A stretch of 64,000 bases of DNA from Paramecium tetraurelia (taxonomy: Eukaryota). Position 1 is the first letter of the stretch. The number at the start of each line of letters is the position of its first letter. The notes under the pieces were generated by a model that had not been told where the DNA came from, made no database searches, and worked only from the letters and a program-made list of their open reading frames with translations. Location: assembly GCA_000165425.1 (NCBI GenBank), contig CT868660.1:124001-188000 (forward strand), read 5' to 3'. The position numbers were made by a program, and so were the translations under genes. Shown one piece after another: positions 1 to 13,519 of this stretch.

Positions 1-195
1 AGGAATTGTAGATTTCTAAAGAGAGATATATGATTTAAGCTTCCAACATATTATTATGTCATATTTCATTGATATGTATCTTATTTAAATAAATAATATT
101 TGAAATTATCAAAAAACACTAGATAGAGAGTTAAAGGAAAGTGAATAAAATGGACACTTATTATAAAATTGATTTAATATATAATATATGGATTG

Positions 196-949
196 TCAAC
201 ATTTGCAGTTGTCAGGATTTTAGGACTGATTTTAATTGTTTAATGAAAGGCCTTAATTAGGGTTGTCTTATCCAGGAGTTAATGATTTAATTTTGTACAT
301 TTCTAATGATAAGACAATTAAAACCTTATAGCAATCTATCGAAACATTATCCAACATTCTAACCTGTGACAGCACTTGATTCTTCAAACAATACTTTATG
401 CTGTTATGCAAGATTTTTAGCATCTTCTTTTTGAACCTTTCTATGCATAATCAAATATAAAAACCTTGCACTTCCATTGTTTTCAACTAAGTCTATTTTA
501 TTACCGACTAACATTATAACCACATCTGGCTCAGCTTAATATCGCAAATCTTCCATCCACTTAACAACACTTTCAAATGTCTTCTCCTTTGTTACATCAT
601 AAACAACCAAAGCTCCTCCTGCTTTTCGAAAATGACTGAATAAATTTTATTCTAATACGTGCTTGTGATTCCTCTGTACCTTTCCTAGCCAGCGGTATCC
701 CAAATTTATGCCTTAACCTTTTTGCCATTTTATAAAGTGACTGTCTTTCCAGCAAACTCAATCCCAATGGTGGGTACAGCATTTTTTGGTAGGCAACCTT
801 TCACATATCTGTTGTTGTATAAATTAATTACCTGGTCATTAAATGTGTTTTACCTACTCCTGCATCGCCTACTAACACAACTGATCTAATTTTCAGACTT
901 GATTACCTTTAAAGAAGTCAGAGTAATCTTCATTATTTGGATTGTCCAT
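196..949 (-). CDS. Rab GTPase (Rab11-like)
   Basis: Spliced translation has GDAGVGKT, PTIGIEF, QIWDTAGQERY, VGNKID and a C-terminal CKC* prenylation motif; 3 tiny introns. Confidence 0.92.
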
Positions 950-1642
950 ATTGCAAATTCAAAATATAATTAATATATAAATACCTAATATTTTATTAAT
1001 CAAGATAGTTAATATAATTCCCTAACTTGATTATTAGCAGTCCCAACTCAAAAACATTAAAATCATAAATAGAGCTAATTCAAAATATCAATTTTTAATA
1101 TAGAAGTTACTTATTGAATAATAAATTGGATTCAATCGTAAAATAATGAATTTATTTTGTGAAGATCAATGTTACCTATTATTTAATTAATTAAAATATG
1201 GAAACATGAACTTTAATTTTTCATTATTCTTAATAATAGTAGTAGTGCAAAAACAATTTTTGGATCAATGACTAAATGACCTTACTAAAAAATAATATTA
1301 GGAGAAAATTATAAAAGGTTGAAAGTAATAGAAAATTTATAATAATTCAAAAATTACAGAATATTTCGACTAAATAATGTCACAACATATGGAGATTATG
1401 CAAAAGAGAAAATGCTGTTAAATTAATTAAGATATCATGTTGGTGATTCTTTTTAGGATTTAATTTATTATTTGAATATTGCTATTTTTCATTTGTTTTT
1501 TAGTAATTGTTTACAAAATAATTAAACCAAAAACTGATTTATATTTTTGATTTAATTTATTTGAGGATCTTCTTCAAGATTAATAAAATTCATTATAAGG
1601 GAGTTGTAATAGATATAATATAAATTATATTTTGTAATTAAG

Positions 1643-1951
1643 ATGGGGCAGATATGTAAATTACCTTCAACTCCTGAACTAAAGATGAATAGTGATTCTA
1701 ATCAAATAAAAGAAATGACTCACGAAGAAGAAGTTCAATATGAAGAACAAGAAAATAAAATAAGCGAATAAAATTAATCTTTCTTTCCTGCCAATCAATT
1801 ATCAGTCCAGTTGTCATGTACTCCAGAATTTAGTTTACCTCCTCAATAAATTAAATTATTTTCACAACAAGATAGCGAATACACTCCTGAATTTTTAGCA
1901 ATAAGTTAACCTTTTTAATAATAAATGAATATATATTAATAATAATTTTGA
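1643..1951 (+). CDS. Small hypothetical protein with possible N-acylation motif (MGQIC)
   Basis: Open 102-codon frame in the ciliate code ending in TGA; no recognisable domain. Confidence 0.45.
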
Positions 1952-2327
1952 ACCATCTGTCTAGATCTTCAGAGGCATTGCAAAATTAAATTTATCAACT
2001 TGTACTTTATAGAAATTATGCTCATATTATAGCTGAAGTCTTCTGAATTTTATTCAGGATAGTTGATTAGAACCCCTCTATCTATAAAATTTAAGAACGT
2101 ATTGTTAGAGTTCTGGATAATATGATGATAATTATTTCATAATTAGTATTTTAGATTATTTGTATGATACTATACCTACCCCTGTTTTACACTTCATTCT
2201 TATGTGTAATCAGGCTCGACGTTATCATTAGTAATCAATTTAAGCTAGAGTGATAACTATAATACCAATAAATGGTATAACAGTTGTTTTGATAGCTATT
2301 TATCATAATTTAATTATTTAAATATAA

Positions 2328-3424
2328 ATGGGTGCAACCTGCAGTAATTCTTGCTGTACTAATGATTAAGAAATCAATAGTAAAGGAGGCGCTGATAAAT
2401 AAGAGGTTGTATTATCGAAAAATAAATCATTAAAAGAAAGTCAATAAAGAAATAACAAAGAAACAGAGAGATTTAACGCTGATAATGATTAAGGCAAATC
2501 TGATGCTAGCATTGGTAGCATAAAGAAGGAGAACATACTCATACAAAGCACAATCGGCAAAATGTAGAGAGTCCAATTAGAAGGTATTGGTTTAATTCAT
2601 TTAGAAATCACTTTTTCTGATGGAACTACTTATAAAGGGGAATGGATGAATGGATTAAAGGATGGATAAGGAGTACTTAAGTGGCCTTCAGGCAGTATAT
2701 ATTCTGGATTTTTTCTGGAAGGGAAACTTAATGGAAAAGGCAAGCTAGTATTGGAGGATGAAGATTACTATGAGGGTGAATGGAAGGATGATAAATGCAA
2801 TGGATTTGGTGTTTATATGTGTAAAAATGGGGCACGATATGAAGGAAATGTATCAATTTTTTGCATATACATAAGTGGAAAAATGATAAGCAGCATGGAA
2901 AAGGTAAAGAAATATGGTAAGATGGAAATACTTATGAGGGATTTTATAATGATGGCAAAAAACACGGTTAAGGAATTTTAAAATTCTCAAATGGTACTAC
3001 TTATGAAGGAGATTTTTCTAATAATGAGTTGGAGGGATAGGGAACAATGTTATGGGATGATAAAAGAGTATATAAAGGATAGTGGAAAAAGTCTAAAATG
3101 AATGGTTATGGTGTTCTGACATTTCCAGATGGAAGGGTTTTTAGAGGGGTAATTTAACTATAATCTAAATAGCATTTTTAAGATGATAAAAAGAATGGAG
3201 TTGGTGAATTTACTTGGAGTGATGGCAAGAAAATGGTATCTACTTGGAATAATGGTAAATTGATATACAAATTAGGCAAGTAAAATGGTATTGGTATTTG
3301 TACAAATGGTGATCGCAAAATAGGATATTGGGAAGAAGGGAAAAGAACAAAATGGCTAGATGAATAAGAAAGGAAATTACATTCTGAATCCATTTAATAA
3401 TTAGAACTAGTAAAATTTTTATGA
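2328..3424 (+). CDS. MORN-repeat protein with N-terminal acylation motif
   Basis: Begins MGATCSNSCC; repeated YxGxWxxxxxxGxG units; 4 tiny introns. Confidence 0.92.
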
Positions 3425-3432
3425 TATCTACT

Positions 3433-4620
3433 TCATTTCTTTATAAACTAATCAAATTTTTGGGCTGTGGATAATGGTTATTCAATTTTATTCAATGAAT
3501 TTGATCTTAATGACTATTGAGTTTTTGGTTTTTCACCTCCTTGATTCTGACGATTGCCTTCAAATGCTGTCCGAGGCATATTTTGATTATAAATCTCATT
3601 TCTTCCCAAGAGTTGATATTCAGGAGTCAATGGATTAGTGCCTCTATGATTAAGTAACCCTTTTCTCAGAGTGCCAACCTAAGCCCCAGGTACATCCTTA
3701 GTGTCATTGATGGCTCTGAATTGAGATCTCTTTTGTCTCATCAAGAAATGATCACTTATAGCTCCAACATGACATCCTTCAATGTCCTTAGTTTCTAAAT
3801 TCTTAGTATTATAATTGATTTATGGATGCAGGACTCTGCTCTTACTTCCACCAACAAACCCATATTTTGAATTAGCTGGTTATCCTTCAACATCTTTTAA
3901 TTGATATTCAGGTTCTAATGGGTTTGTCACACGGGATGATTTAAATACTCTATACTCGTTGATGTCTTTAACATCCATAATCTCCATATGATCTCTGGGC
4001 ATGAAGGCAGGCTTTGATTTAGCCCCATCAACTTCATCAAAAATGTGAACAGTTTTTCTTAATTTGGCTGCTGGAGGATTGGGTTTGGTTCCTGGAATGT
4101 CCTTTTCATTATTATTCGCTGTACATCAATATTTATTTGATCTCTAATGAATTTCGGTTGCAAAGGTTCTACAGGAACAGCTTTCGGTAGAATATACACA
4201 GGATCTACAGGATTGGTTGGAGGTCTTGTTGTTTGAAATTTATTTAATTATGGATAAGCACCTTTGATGTCACGATTGTTCAGAGAGAATCCCTTCCAAA
4301 TAATCAAATAATATACATCTCTTCCAATTTATGGGATCAATACCTTAGAACGAGTGCCTGCAATATCATCAGTCGTATTCGTAAAGTCCTGTTTATTGGT
4401 AAATTTATATGGCTTCATACATGGAGAGGCACCTACTTTGAAAATTCAGTTACCATCAATGTCTTTAGTTTATAGATTAAAATCTTATCCTGTTAACTTA
4501 TCAGGTCTAACAGTGCCTACATCTCGTTTATCTAATTTATGATATAAAGTTTATACTTATGGAAGATAAATACATTAAATCTTTCCTACTTGGGAATGGC
4601 CAATCGTATGGATCACTCAT
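3433..4620 (-). CDS. Repeat protein with DIxGA / TNPLxPxY motifs
   Basis: Recurring TKDIDGASP, TDDIAGTRSK, RDIKGAYP, DDIPGTKP, TKDIEG, TKDVPGAQ, and three RxTNP(L/V)xPxY motifs. Confidence 0.75.
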
Positions 4621-4748
4621 ATATATATATATTATTAATTTATCAAAAGTATAAATTCTAATGAAAATAATTAATTCCAACTGAAATGTACTAATAATAA
4701 TTAGAATGCAATTAATTTATATAAAAATTATTTTCTGAAAAATTGAGC

Positions 4749-6240
4749 ATGATGAATTAATTGGATGACCTTGATATTGATGAAGATTTTTTAGTTCAAC
4801 CTGCTAATCAATTCATTGATGATGATCAAAATGAAGACGATATTTTTGATGAACCTACTTAAACATTTGTTAATGATAATATGCACATTAATGAAGAAAC
4901 TCGAAAAAAAATAAACAATGATTTTAAAGAAAAGCTAGAGAGATTTGTACCAAAATTATTCTAGTAAGCCTAAATTAAAGTATTTACAAAGAAGTATATT
5001 TATTTAGACACGTGAAATCATAGGCATTAAATAAATCCTTAATTCTTTGAAAATCTCTGATAAGCTCATTCTAGAATAAAGACAGAAAGAAAGGTAAGAA
5101 TAGAATAATCAAAATCAATATAATGGACCTAAGTAAAGAATTCAAAAAAGAAACACTGAAGAGTTCCTTATTGACAAACTTAAAAAGCATTTGATTGAAG
5201 GTTCTAATCTAAATTTTACTATCCACGATTTAAATTATACTCAACTCTATTTATGTCATAATCCATGCGTAATCTTCATTAAAACACAACACCCATATCA
5301 TACACTTGATATAGTGAATTAAATGTTAAGGAATCTCAAAAATCCATAATTGTTTGAACAAGATAAATTTAATACTTTGCAAAATGAATTTGGACAAAAT
5401 TGTTTAAAATTGGTTATCCAATAAATGTAATATAATCATTTGGTTGTTCAAATCCCTGGTGGTTCTATTAAATTTGAAATTAAAGCAGGGAATGAAAATT
5501 AAAATTTAGACATTTATAAGGATCAAATTATGAATGTGTATTGTTAAATCAATCCAGAATTAAAGAAGATATGTGCATTCTTAAACTATTGGGCATATCA
5601 AAGAGGTATCTTGGGAGATCATGCACTCCCTGAATTTGCTTTGTATTGTATGATAATCGATTTCTTTATGACCTAATCATTGATACCTAACATATTTAGT
5701 GATTAATACAGTCAATGGAGTTAAGAAAAACTGCAATTGAAACAGAAAATCAAAGATAGTGAAGATTGTAGATTGTCTAAATTTAATAAAGATGAATACA
5801 TAATTCAAGTGACATAAAAAAATGGAAGAAAAGTAGAAAAGATATTTTGGCTATCATTTCCTAGAAGCAAAGAAGAGATCAAAGGTGTAATTGAATAATG
5901 GACTAAAACCCAAGAAAAACAATATCAATAAATCCCTTAATTTAATATAGGCTATTAAATCAGTGTATTCTTTCATCTTTGGAACCAAGTTGAAAAATAC
6001 AAAGTTCCCCTTGCATTAACCAGTGATGTTTAAAAAGAAGGTTAAGAAATAGGATTAATAATCTATAATCCATTCATTAAAAATCAGATTTTGACTCCCC
6101 TGTTGCAAAAACGCCAAAAGAATGAAGAATTTAAGTCTTCCAATATGTATCAATAGGTGAGATAAGAATTCAAAAGAGCTTACGATTTGATTTTATCATG
6201 TAATTTTGCTGAGTTATGTGACAAATAGTAAATATTATGA
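4749..6240 (+). CDS. Cid1/TUTase-like nucleotidyltransferase-fold protein, catalytic motif degenerate
   Basis: LKKICAFLNYWAYQRGILGDHALPEFALYCMIIDFF...LIPNI, IYNPF and VRQEFKRAYDLIL resemble the Cid1/PAP-associated region. Confidence 0.7.
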
Positions 6241-6344
6241 GAATAATTTAGCATTTCAACCATCTATTTCATCTTCTTTATTTATTATAATGAAAGTATT
6301 TTATTAAAAATCAACTTAACCTCAATTATGGGATATCATGAATT

Positions 6345-7162
6345 ATGAATAGTTCACACAACAAACTCATCAGGTGTTCTAGTTATCAAAAGGAACTTAC
6401 AGCATCAAGGCAAAAAGCAATAATTAACCCATCAGAACAACTAAAGATTTATAATTGTATGGATAATAAGCAGGCATTATCATTGAACCGTAACATTTTC
6501 ACCTCTTATTTTGAGTCATCAGCAGAGTTTATTTTCTGTTTTAGGTGGTCATTTGCCTGAGGCCAATAATCCCTAATCTCATAGAATTGTAAAATAAAAA
6601 GTTCCAGCAATTAAGAAATAACTCAAAACTGAACACGATGGAGTTGAAAGCTTTAAGAAGATCCTTCACATTGGAAATAGTAATTTAAGCAATGATTGGA
6701 GATAAATAATTACAAGAATCAAAGATCTTCAAGCAGAATCATATTACTTTAAAAATCATATGTAAGAGAATTATGGAACATTTTAAGAAGAAATTGATGC
6801 GTATGTTACCATAATTAATTATTAGATTGATTGATGAAGCCAATTCATTGCAATTGCAATAGTAATAAGTCTTTTAGTAAAATACAGAATTACTACAAAA
6901 AATTGAATAAACTAAATAAGAAATTATTGAATAACAGCAATAATATGATGCTATTAAGAATTAATTCAAATAGGAGAACATCGAATATTTCATTCAATCT
7001 AAACAATAATAAAATAGAAATCAAATAAAAATATTTAAGTATATTGATGAATTTGATTCCTTTTTAAATGAGAATAAATTTATCCTTGCCTATGGAGCCA
7101 ATTTAGATATCAGAAAGAAATTACAGTATTTCAAAAATAAATATTTATAATTAAGCAAATGA
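6345..7162 (+). CDS. Hypothetical coiled-coil protein
   Basis: Open frame across 2 tiny introns; Q/E/K-rich helical C-terminal half. Confidence 0.6.
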
Positions 7163-7198
7163 GATTATTAGAATTAATTTATATATTATTTAATATTA

Positions 7199-8273
7199 AT
7201 GGGAGTAACATAATCTAGTTAAAATGATCATTTAGAAAAATATTTAGGATAAGATTTTCCAGATGGGGAAATTTTAATTGGATTTGAAAATGTATAAGTT
7301 AATCATATATCAGCCAAGTAATATTTGTTATTCAAATGTAATATTATAAGCATTGTATTATTGCAAAGAATTTAAGAATTAAATTTTATAACATCAGAGC
7401 TCAATTAATTAGAATAATTTACTAGATTTAACTAAATTGTTATTCCAATCAATATCAAAACACAAACAGAAGACTGGAGTAATTTCAACCAAAAAGATGA
7501 TGAATTATATTAAAACTAAAAATAAAATTTTCGATGGCAAGTATCATTAAGATTCTCATGAATTTTACATGTGGTTTATTAATGAATGCGAAGAATTATT
7601 GAAGGATAAACAAAATAATTGGGTTAGATAAATATTTCAGGGATAGTAATTAACATAAATCGAGTGCTTAAATTGCCATTCAAGTAATTATAGTAATGAT
7701 AATAAGTCTCTTAAAGAGAGGAAATGTATTGTGATTTATCCTTAGACTTATTTCCTAATTATAGTTTGAGCACTTGTTTGTAATAAATGTCGAAAGAAGA
7801 ACAGCTAAATGGTTAGAATCAATTCTTTTGCGATAAGTGTCAATCTAAATAAGATGCTATAAAAAGGTATTTAAGTTTGATCTATTAAGATTATTGTTGA
7901 ATACTCTACCAAATGTCTTAGTAGTCCATCTGAAACGATTTAAATATGATGAGAGATGTGGGTAGATGATTAAAGTGTCTTCAAAGATTCCCTTTTCTCA
8001 ATAATTAAGTATTAAGGCTCTGAAATAAACAAAGACCTACGAATTGACTACAATCATTATCCACTTAGGATAAGGCATATTGTATGGTCATTATGTGTGT
8101 ATAACAAAAATACAAGGGAAATGGTTTAAATTTGATGATGATAAAATATCTGTAATAAAAAATCGAAATATGCTTAGCTATTTGTTGATTAAGATTTACA
8201 TTTTGTTTATGGAAGAAGTTATCCAACTCATGCTCAAACATGTGCATATATGCTGTTTTATAATGCATAATGA
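7199..8273 (+). CDS. Ubiquitin-specific protease (USP12/46-like)
   Basis: Cys box GFENPSNICYSNVILQALY, QDSHEF, VHLKRFKY, His box YGHYV...WFKFDDD, AYMLFY. Confidence 0.92.
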
Positions 8274-8415
8274 ATGTTATTAAGAATAATAGTTTTTTAA
8301 ATTTCTTACTTTCAATGTTCAATTGCTTTTGAAAACTAATATATTCATAATTGTTCAAGATTGTTTCAAGAAACTTCTTTAGCTATTGTTGTACTTTTTT
8401 TTTATTATTAATTAA

Positions 8416-9515
8416 ATGAATAAAAATCATAATTTTGAGTAGGTCTGCTCAGACATCTGCGTCTATCATGAACCAGTAGAATACCCATAAAATCCAATTT
8501 AAAAGCAATACAACAAATTGAATCTGAAAAAAGATAAACTAATGTAGAAATTAGCTTCACAAATTATCAGAAGTGAATAAAGAATTAAATCTCCTTTTTA
8601 GATTGAAATGTAAATGGTTAAGTTTATCTAGATTTCAATAATAATAATTACTTAATGATAAGTGTGTAGAAACAATGTCTTCTGAACTTGTCTTATCCCA
8701 ACCCAAGAAAAACCTATCAATTGATTTAAGCAAAAGGTATTCTTTATTTACTAAAGCAGATGGCATTTAGATTTATCAGACTTAACTGACAAAGGAGTAA
8801 GAGATTTGAGTGATGGATTGTCAAAACTTAAAAGTTTAGAATAGTTAAATTTAGCTTTGTGTGGGTATTTAACTAGGTTATTTAATATTAGTTGGGGTTA
8901 TTGGAATCAAAATATTACAGATAAATCACTATAATACATAACTAATGCTTTGATACTTCAAAATCAATTGCATGAGTTCAACCTTGATCTAAACATGTGG
9001 GCATATGAGAATAATAGTATAACTGATGAAGGAGCCAAAAATCTAATGGATGGAATCGGTTTATTATAGAATTTAGGAAAGTTGGAATTAAATTTAAAAG
9101 GCTGGGGAGATGGAAATTAAGACATTACTGACAATACTATTATAGGACTATCAAGATGCTTAAAGAAATTAGGAAATCTATCAGAAGTCAAATTAGTATT
9201 GTAAATCATTTATTTTTAATTAGATGGTAAAATATAGGAAAATAAGCTATCAAATAATTGAATAAGACTTTATCAAAAATGGAGAACTTAACAAAAATAG
9301 ACATTAAATTTGAAAGGTATTTCATAAATTTGATTTATTTTAGTTGTGCTCAGTAATAACCAATTTAGAATAATAATATAGATTTAAAACTTCAATAAAT
9401 TAAAATAAATGCAGTCCAAAAAAGAAGATTGCTTTTCTAAGTTGAGGGAATTATGATTAATTTTGAACCTGTAATTAATAAAAGGACACTTTGGGACATT
9501 ATTTTAAAATTATGA
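8416..9515 (+). CDS. Leucine-rich repeat protein
   Basis: Repeats such as ITDEGAKNLMDGIGLLQNLGKLELNLKGW and LTDKGVRDLSDGLSKLKSLEQLNL; several tiny introns. Confidence 0.82.
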
Positions 9516-10823
9516 TAATAACAAATATGATATTTATATCTAATACTGATATTAAGTTGATTTTTCTTGTTTATTTAATTACTGGATTTATAATACGATT
9601 CAATTGAGACAAAAACTATAATGAAGTTCTGTAAACCTCAATTTAATTTTATAAATGTAAAGTCACATTAACTATTCTAAAAATTGAGCTAACAATTGAG
9701 ATATGCATATAATTTCATCTAAATTCTATTATATTTTTGTTCATCACTCCTAATATTGCAAGTCATTCCCATTTTATTACAATTCATCAAGAGACAATAT
9801 TTTTTATATGATTCTTTAATTATGATTTAAATTATTAAGTTGAGTAGATTCTACAGCATTGAATTTTGAAACAGACTATAAATATAATTCTATGAATATG
9901 CACAAGAATTTAAATCCAATTCGAAATTCCTTTTCAAATCTTACAAATAGTTTTTGAATTATATTATTATCAAATTATTGGATTTTTAATACTGTTTCGC
10001 CTCGCAAAGTGTGAAATAAACAATACGTTTTCAATTCTGATTAGTCTAATCCATATGGCCTTTTAATTTAATGTATAATAATATATCATAATACTTGTAT
10101 ATTATAGTTTATACTGTAGATTTTATTGACTTTAATAAAATTTGGTTTTTACAAAGTGTGTAATCTAAATAAAACAGATTCCATCTGTTTCATTTTTTTC
10201 TTTCATCTAAAAATAACTTAAATATTACTACGTTATTATACATAGCGAGGATTTGATCATATCAATTTTAATATCTCTTAATCATGATAGCTTGATCTTT
10301 GAGTTATTTTAATTGTGTTACTTTTGCTAATTTTTCAATAATGTATTAGCTAAGATCTTATGTTGCCCTTTTTGACCATATAGTTAAGATAATGATTGCA
10401 AGAAAAAGGTTATATATAACAAGTTTAGACCTATCTCTTAGCTTTTGATATGTTTGTTATAGTTACTCAGCAATATTGAAAATCGCAAATGTATCTTCTA
10501 TCTTATCATTTGTCAAAGGTTCATTAGATTGACGATTATTTAAATTATTTGATTCCCATCTCAATAATTCATTCTCCCATTCCTAAAGATTAAATTAATC
10601 TGAATTAGTTCAGAATTACTAAAATCTTCTTTTTGCACATAAATAATAATTCTATTTCTATTAGTACTATTATATATCTATCCATCCCTACGTATTTGAT
10701 CATGCAAAATTAATCCTAAGAATATGCTCAAATATAAATAATGAATAAATATAATATAAAATCTCTTTATATATAAGTTAGCTCTATCTATTAAAATTTG
10801 AATTTATAGAACCATATAGTAAT

Positions 10824-12908
10824 TCATAAATTTTATAATTATTATAATCTAGTATTTGATATGGATCTTAACTTGCGACTTATAGGTGAAGTCCTCAACT
10901 TTGTAAATCTGATTTCACTGCTCATAATCGAAGGAATTCTGGATGTTTTTGTAAAAATGTTATAGGTTTACTTAGCATTTTCTATCTCAACTTACTATTA
11001 CCTTATTCTATCATTTAGACTTTTTGAGATATCACACTAAATTTATAACTCCTTCTACAATTTGTCGCATTATATTTTATATTATTGAAGTGACTATTTT
11101 TGCTCTTTTGATTCATTTCTCAATTCTGTATTATTTTTTTACAATTATTAATACTACTATCTTAATTACTCAGCTTAACTTTTTGATTAGTTTAGTTAGA
11201 TTTGAATATCATTCAGTTTTTATGAATTTATTTTTTCTAATTATTCTAACTATTATTATTAGGTTATCTGAAGATCATGGTAGTTAGTTTCAGCTAGTTT
11301 TTTATCTCTAGATTACTACTCTTTATTTAATTAGAGTTATTCGGATAGATAAACTATAATTTCATCCTTTTCTACGAGTTAATTATTCAAGAGCTCTATT
11401 TTATTTTAAAGTTCCTTTTGTTCACATTTAAGTTTGTCTACTTCAAATGATAATTACTATTATAAAAGGTTAATTTTATAATTATGTTCTGATAGATTTT
11501 TCTCTCTATTAATTTCATAATCCTATTACATCTTATTTAATTACAATTTACATTCATATTATGTTTCTTTTACTTTTTAATCTATTTATTAAGCTAAACT
11601 TTATTAAAGTTTCTGGTATTTAATCTGAATATCACCACTCTATTAACTTTTTTCTAGAATTACATTTTATTATTATTTAATTTAATGCTCTAAATTTTTC
11701 ACATATGATATCTATGTTTAATCATCGTATTGTTGTGAAAAATCTGAAGTGAGTTCTTATTGTTATTCTCCTTCTAGCTTTATAGGATTCCCAAGAATAT
11801 TCTCATATTTAATTTTTTAAATTAAGATTTATTGAGTATGATTTAATTATTGATTAGCAATAAATAAGTCTTTCTATTCTAATTCTTTTTTGAGTTATGT
11901 AATTTGAGAATTGAGTTGATTAACTTCATGGACATGTTTCTACAAAAGAGTTTAATTTTAATCTTAATGTTGTTAAACTTACTCTTTCAATCTTTATTAT
12001 CGTTTTTCTTCGATAGCCATTTTACTTTACAATTGATTAATGATTTCTTATTGCTCCAATTACTATTTATTTTCCTTGGCTTTATTTTTTCTTTCATTTG
12101 CTAATTCTTCAATGTATTATTTAATTTTTTATGTTTATTAATCTAATTATTTTTCAAAATTATCTCTTTGTTATTTTATTTATTTAATTTACTGCATTTG
12201 CTTTTGGTACTTTTCCTAGAATTATTAATTTTCCAAATAATATTTTTTATATTTTTATTCTATCAAACTAGTTTGATTTTCCAATTCTTCTTTGTAAAAT
12301 TTCCTATCTTTTTCATGGTTATGCAAAATAGATTATATTTCGAATTAATGTTGTTATTTTATTTAAACTATCTCATTATCTAATTGTGCAACTCTTTGTT
12401 TCAACTATTATTATTATTGTCTCATTAATTCTTCTGTATGAAGTACCTAGTCTTATAGCTTCGACTTATGAATTTCTAACTCATTCTATAAATCTTTAAG
12501 TTATTAATTTAATATAACGATTACATTTTCTTTTTCGATAATTTTGTGTTCTTACTCTTCAATCATATGATGAATGTCATTTTATGTTTTCACTTTCATT
12601 TGTTCTTCTTTTTCCTTCAACTTTTCAAATTGAGATTCCAAAATTGATGTGTTATTTTTAAGAGTGTTGATGAGTATTTTCCATCTCACTATGTTCTCTT
12701 GAATGATTACAAAGACATTTGACATATCTGTTATCTGAGCTTTTTGTTTAAAGTCTGGATCAAGTTCATTTATTAAAATATCTAAATTGTCTTCTACTAA
12801 AAATTTGATCTAATGGACTTTATCTTTCAATATGGAATTTTCCTTCACTAAACCGGTTCCATCTAAATTCCTTTTAATAAAACTATATGATCTAATTCTT
12901 TAAGCCAT
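10824..12908 (-). CDS. Long Gln/Glu/Lys-rich coiled-coil protein
   Basis: About 2 kb reading frame from MAQRIRSYSF to TGA; helical heptad-like composition. Confidence 0.75.
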
Positions 12909-12930
12909 AAAAATATTATTAAAATTAAAG

Positions 12931-13492
12931 ATGCTCATTCATATTATTTATGGCACTCTGACTTTACATATCATACTTAATGATTTTTTTGAAATAAACC
13001 TATAATCACAAATCTTTAATGCTCTGCTTTTACTTACAATAGGAGTTTAGGTTTATAGATTTGCATTGTAATGGGTTTTACAAAACAAAGAATAGGTACT
13101 CTTAATTTAATCAAAAAAGGCTGAATAAGTATTCTCAAGTAAAATGAAGCAATTTACAGAGTTATCCAGCCTTCCAGAGAAATTGATAAAGAATTACATA
13201 ATGCCAATCTTAATTGATGCTATTACCTTGAAAAACATAGTATGAATCAAATTTTAAATTCTAGCCTCATACAATTGCCTTCTTCATTGCATTACAATTA
13301 GGCATATCCTATATATCGCTATTTTTAACTAATGGAGCTGTTCGAATTATCTCTGTGAATGGATTATACGCATTGTATTATCATTATAATAAGAATTAAT
13401 AACTCTACGAAACGATCATACAAAGAACTTAAAAGTTAGGTAATGATAAATGGCAAATAATAAATCAGAAACTATAAAAACAATAGGTGTGA
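12931..13492 (+). CDS. Hypothetical small membrane protein
   Basis: Open frame with 1 intron and several hydrophobic stretches. Confidence 0.5.
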
Positions 13493-13519
13493 ACATTTTT
13501 ATTCATAAATATATAGATA

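Noticed and set aside
9540..10700. Possible minus-strand gene(s)
   Set aside because: Only a partial open frame (about 10262-10590), with no confident start or motif.
11024..12383. Hydrophobic plus-strand ORFs in the track
   Set aside because: Antisense shadows of the minus-strand coiled-coil gene.
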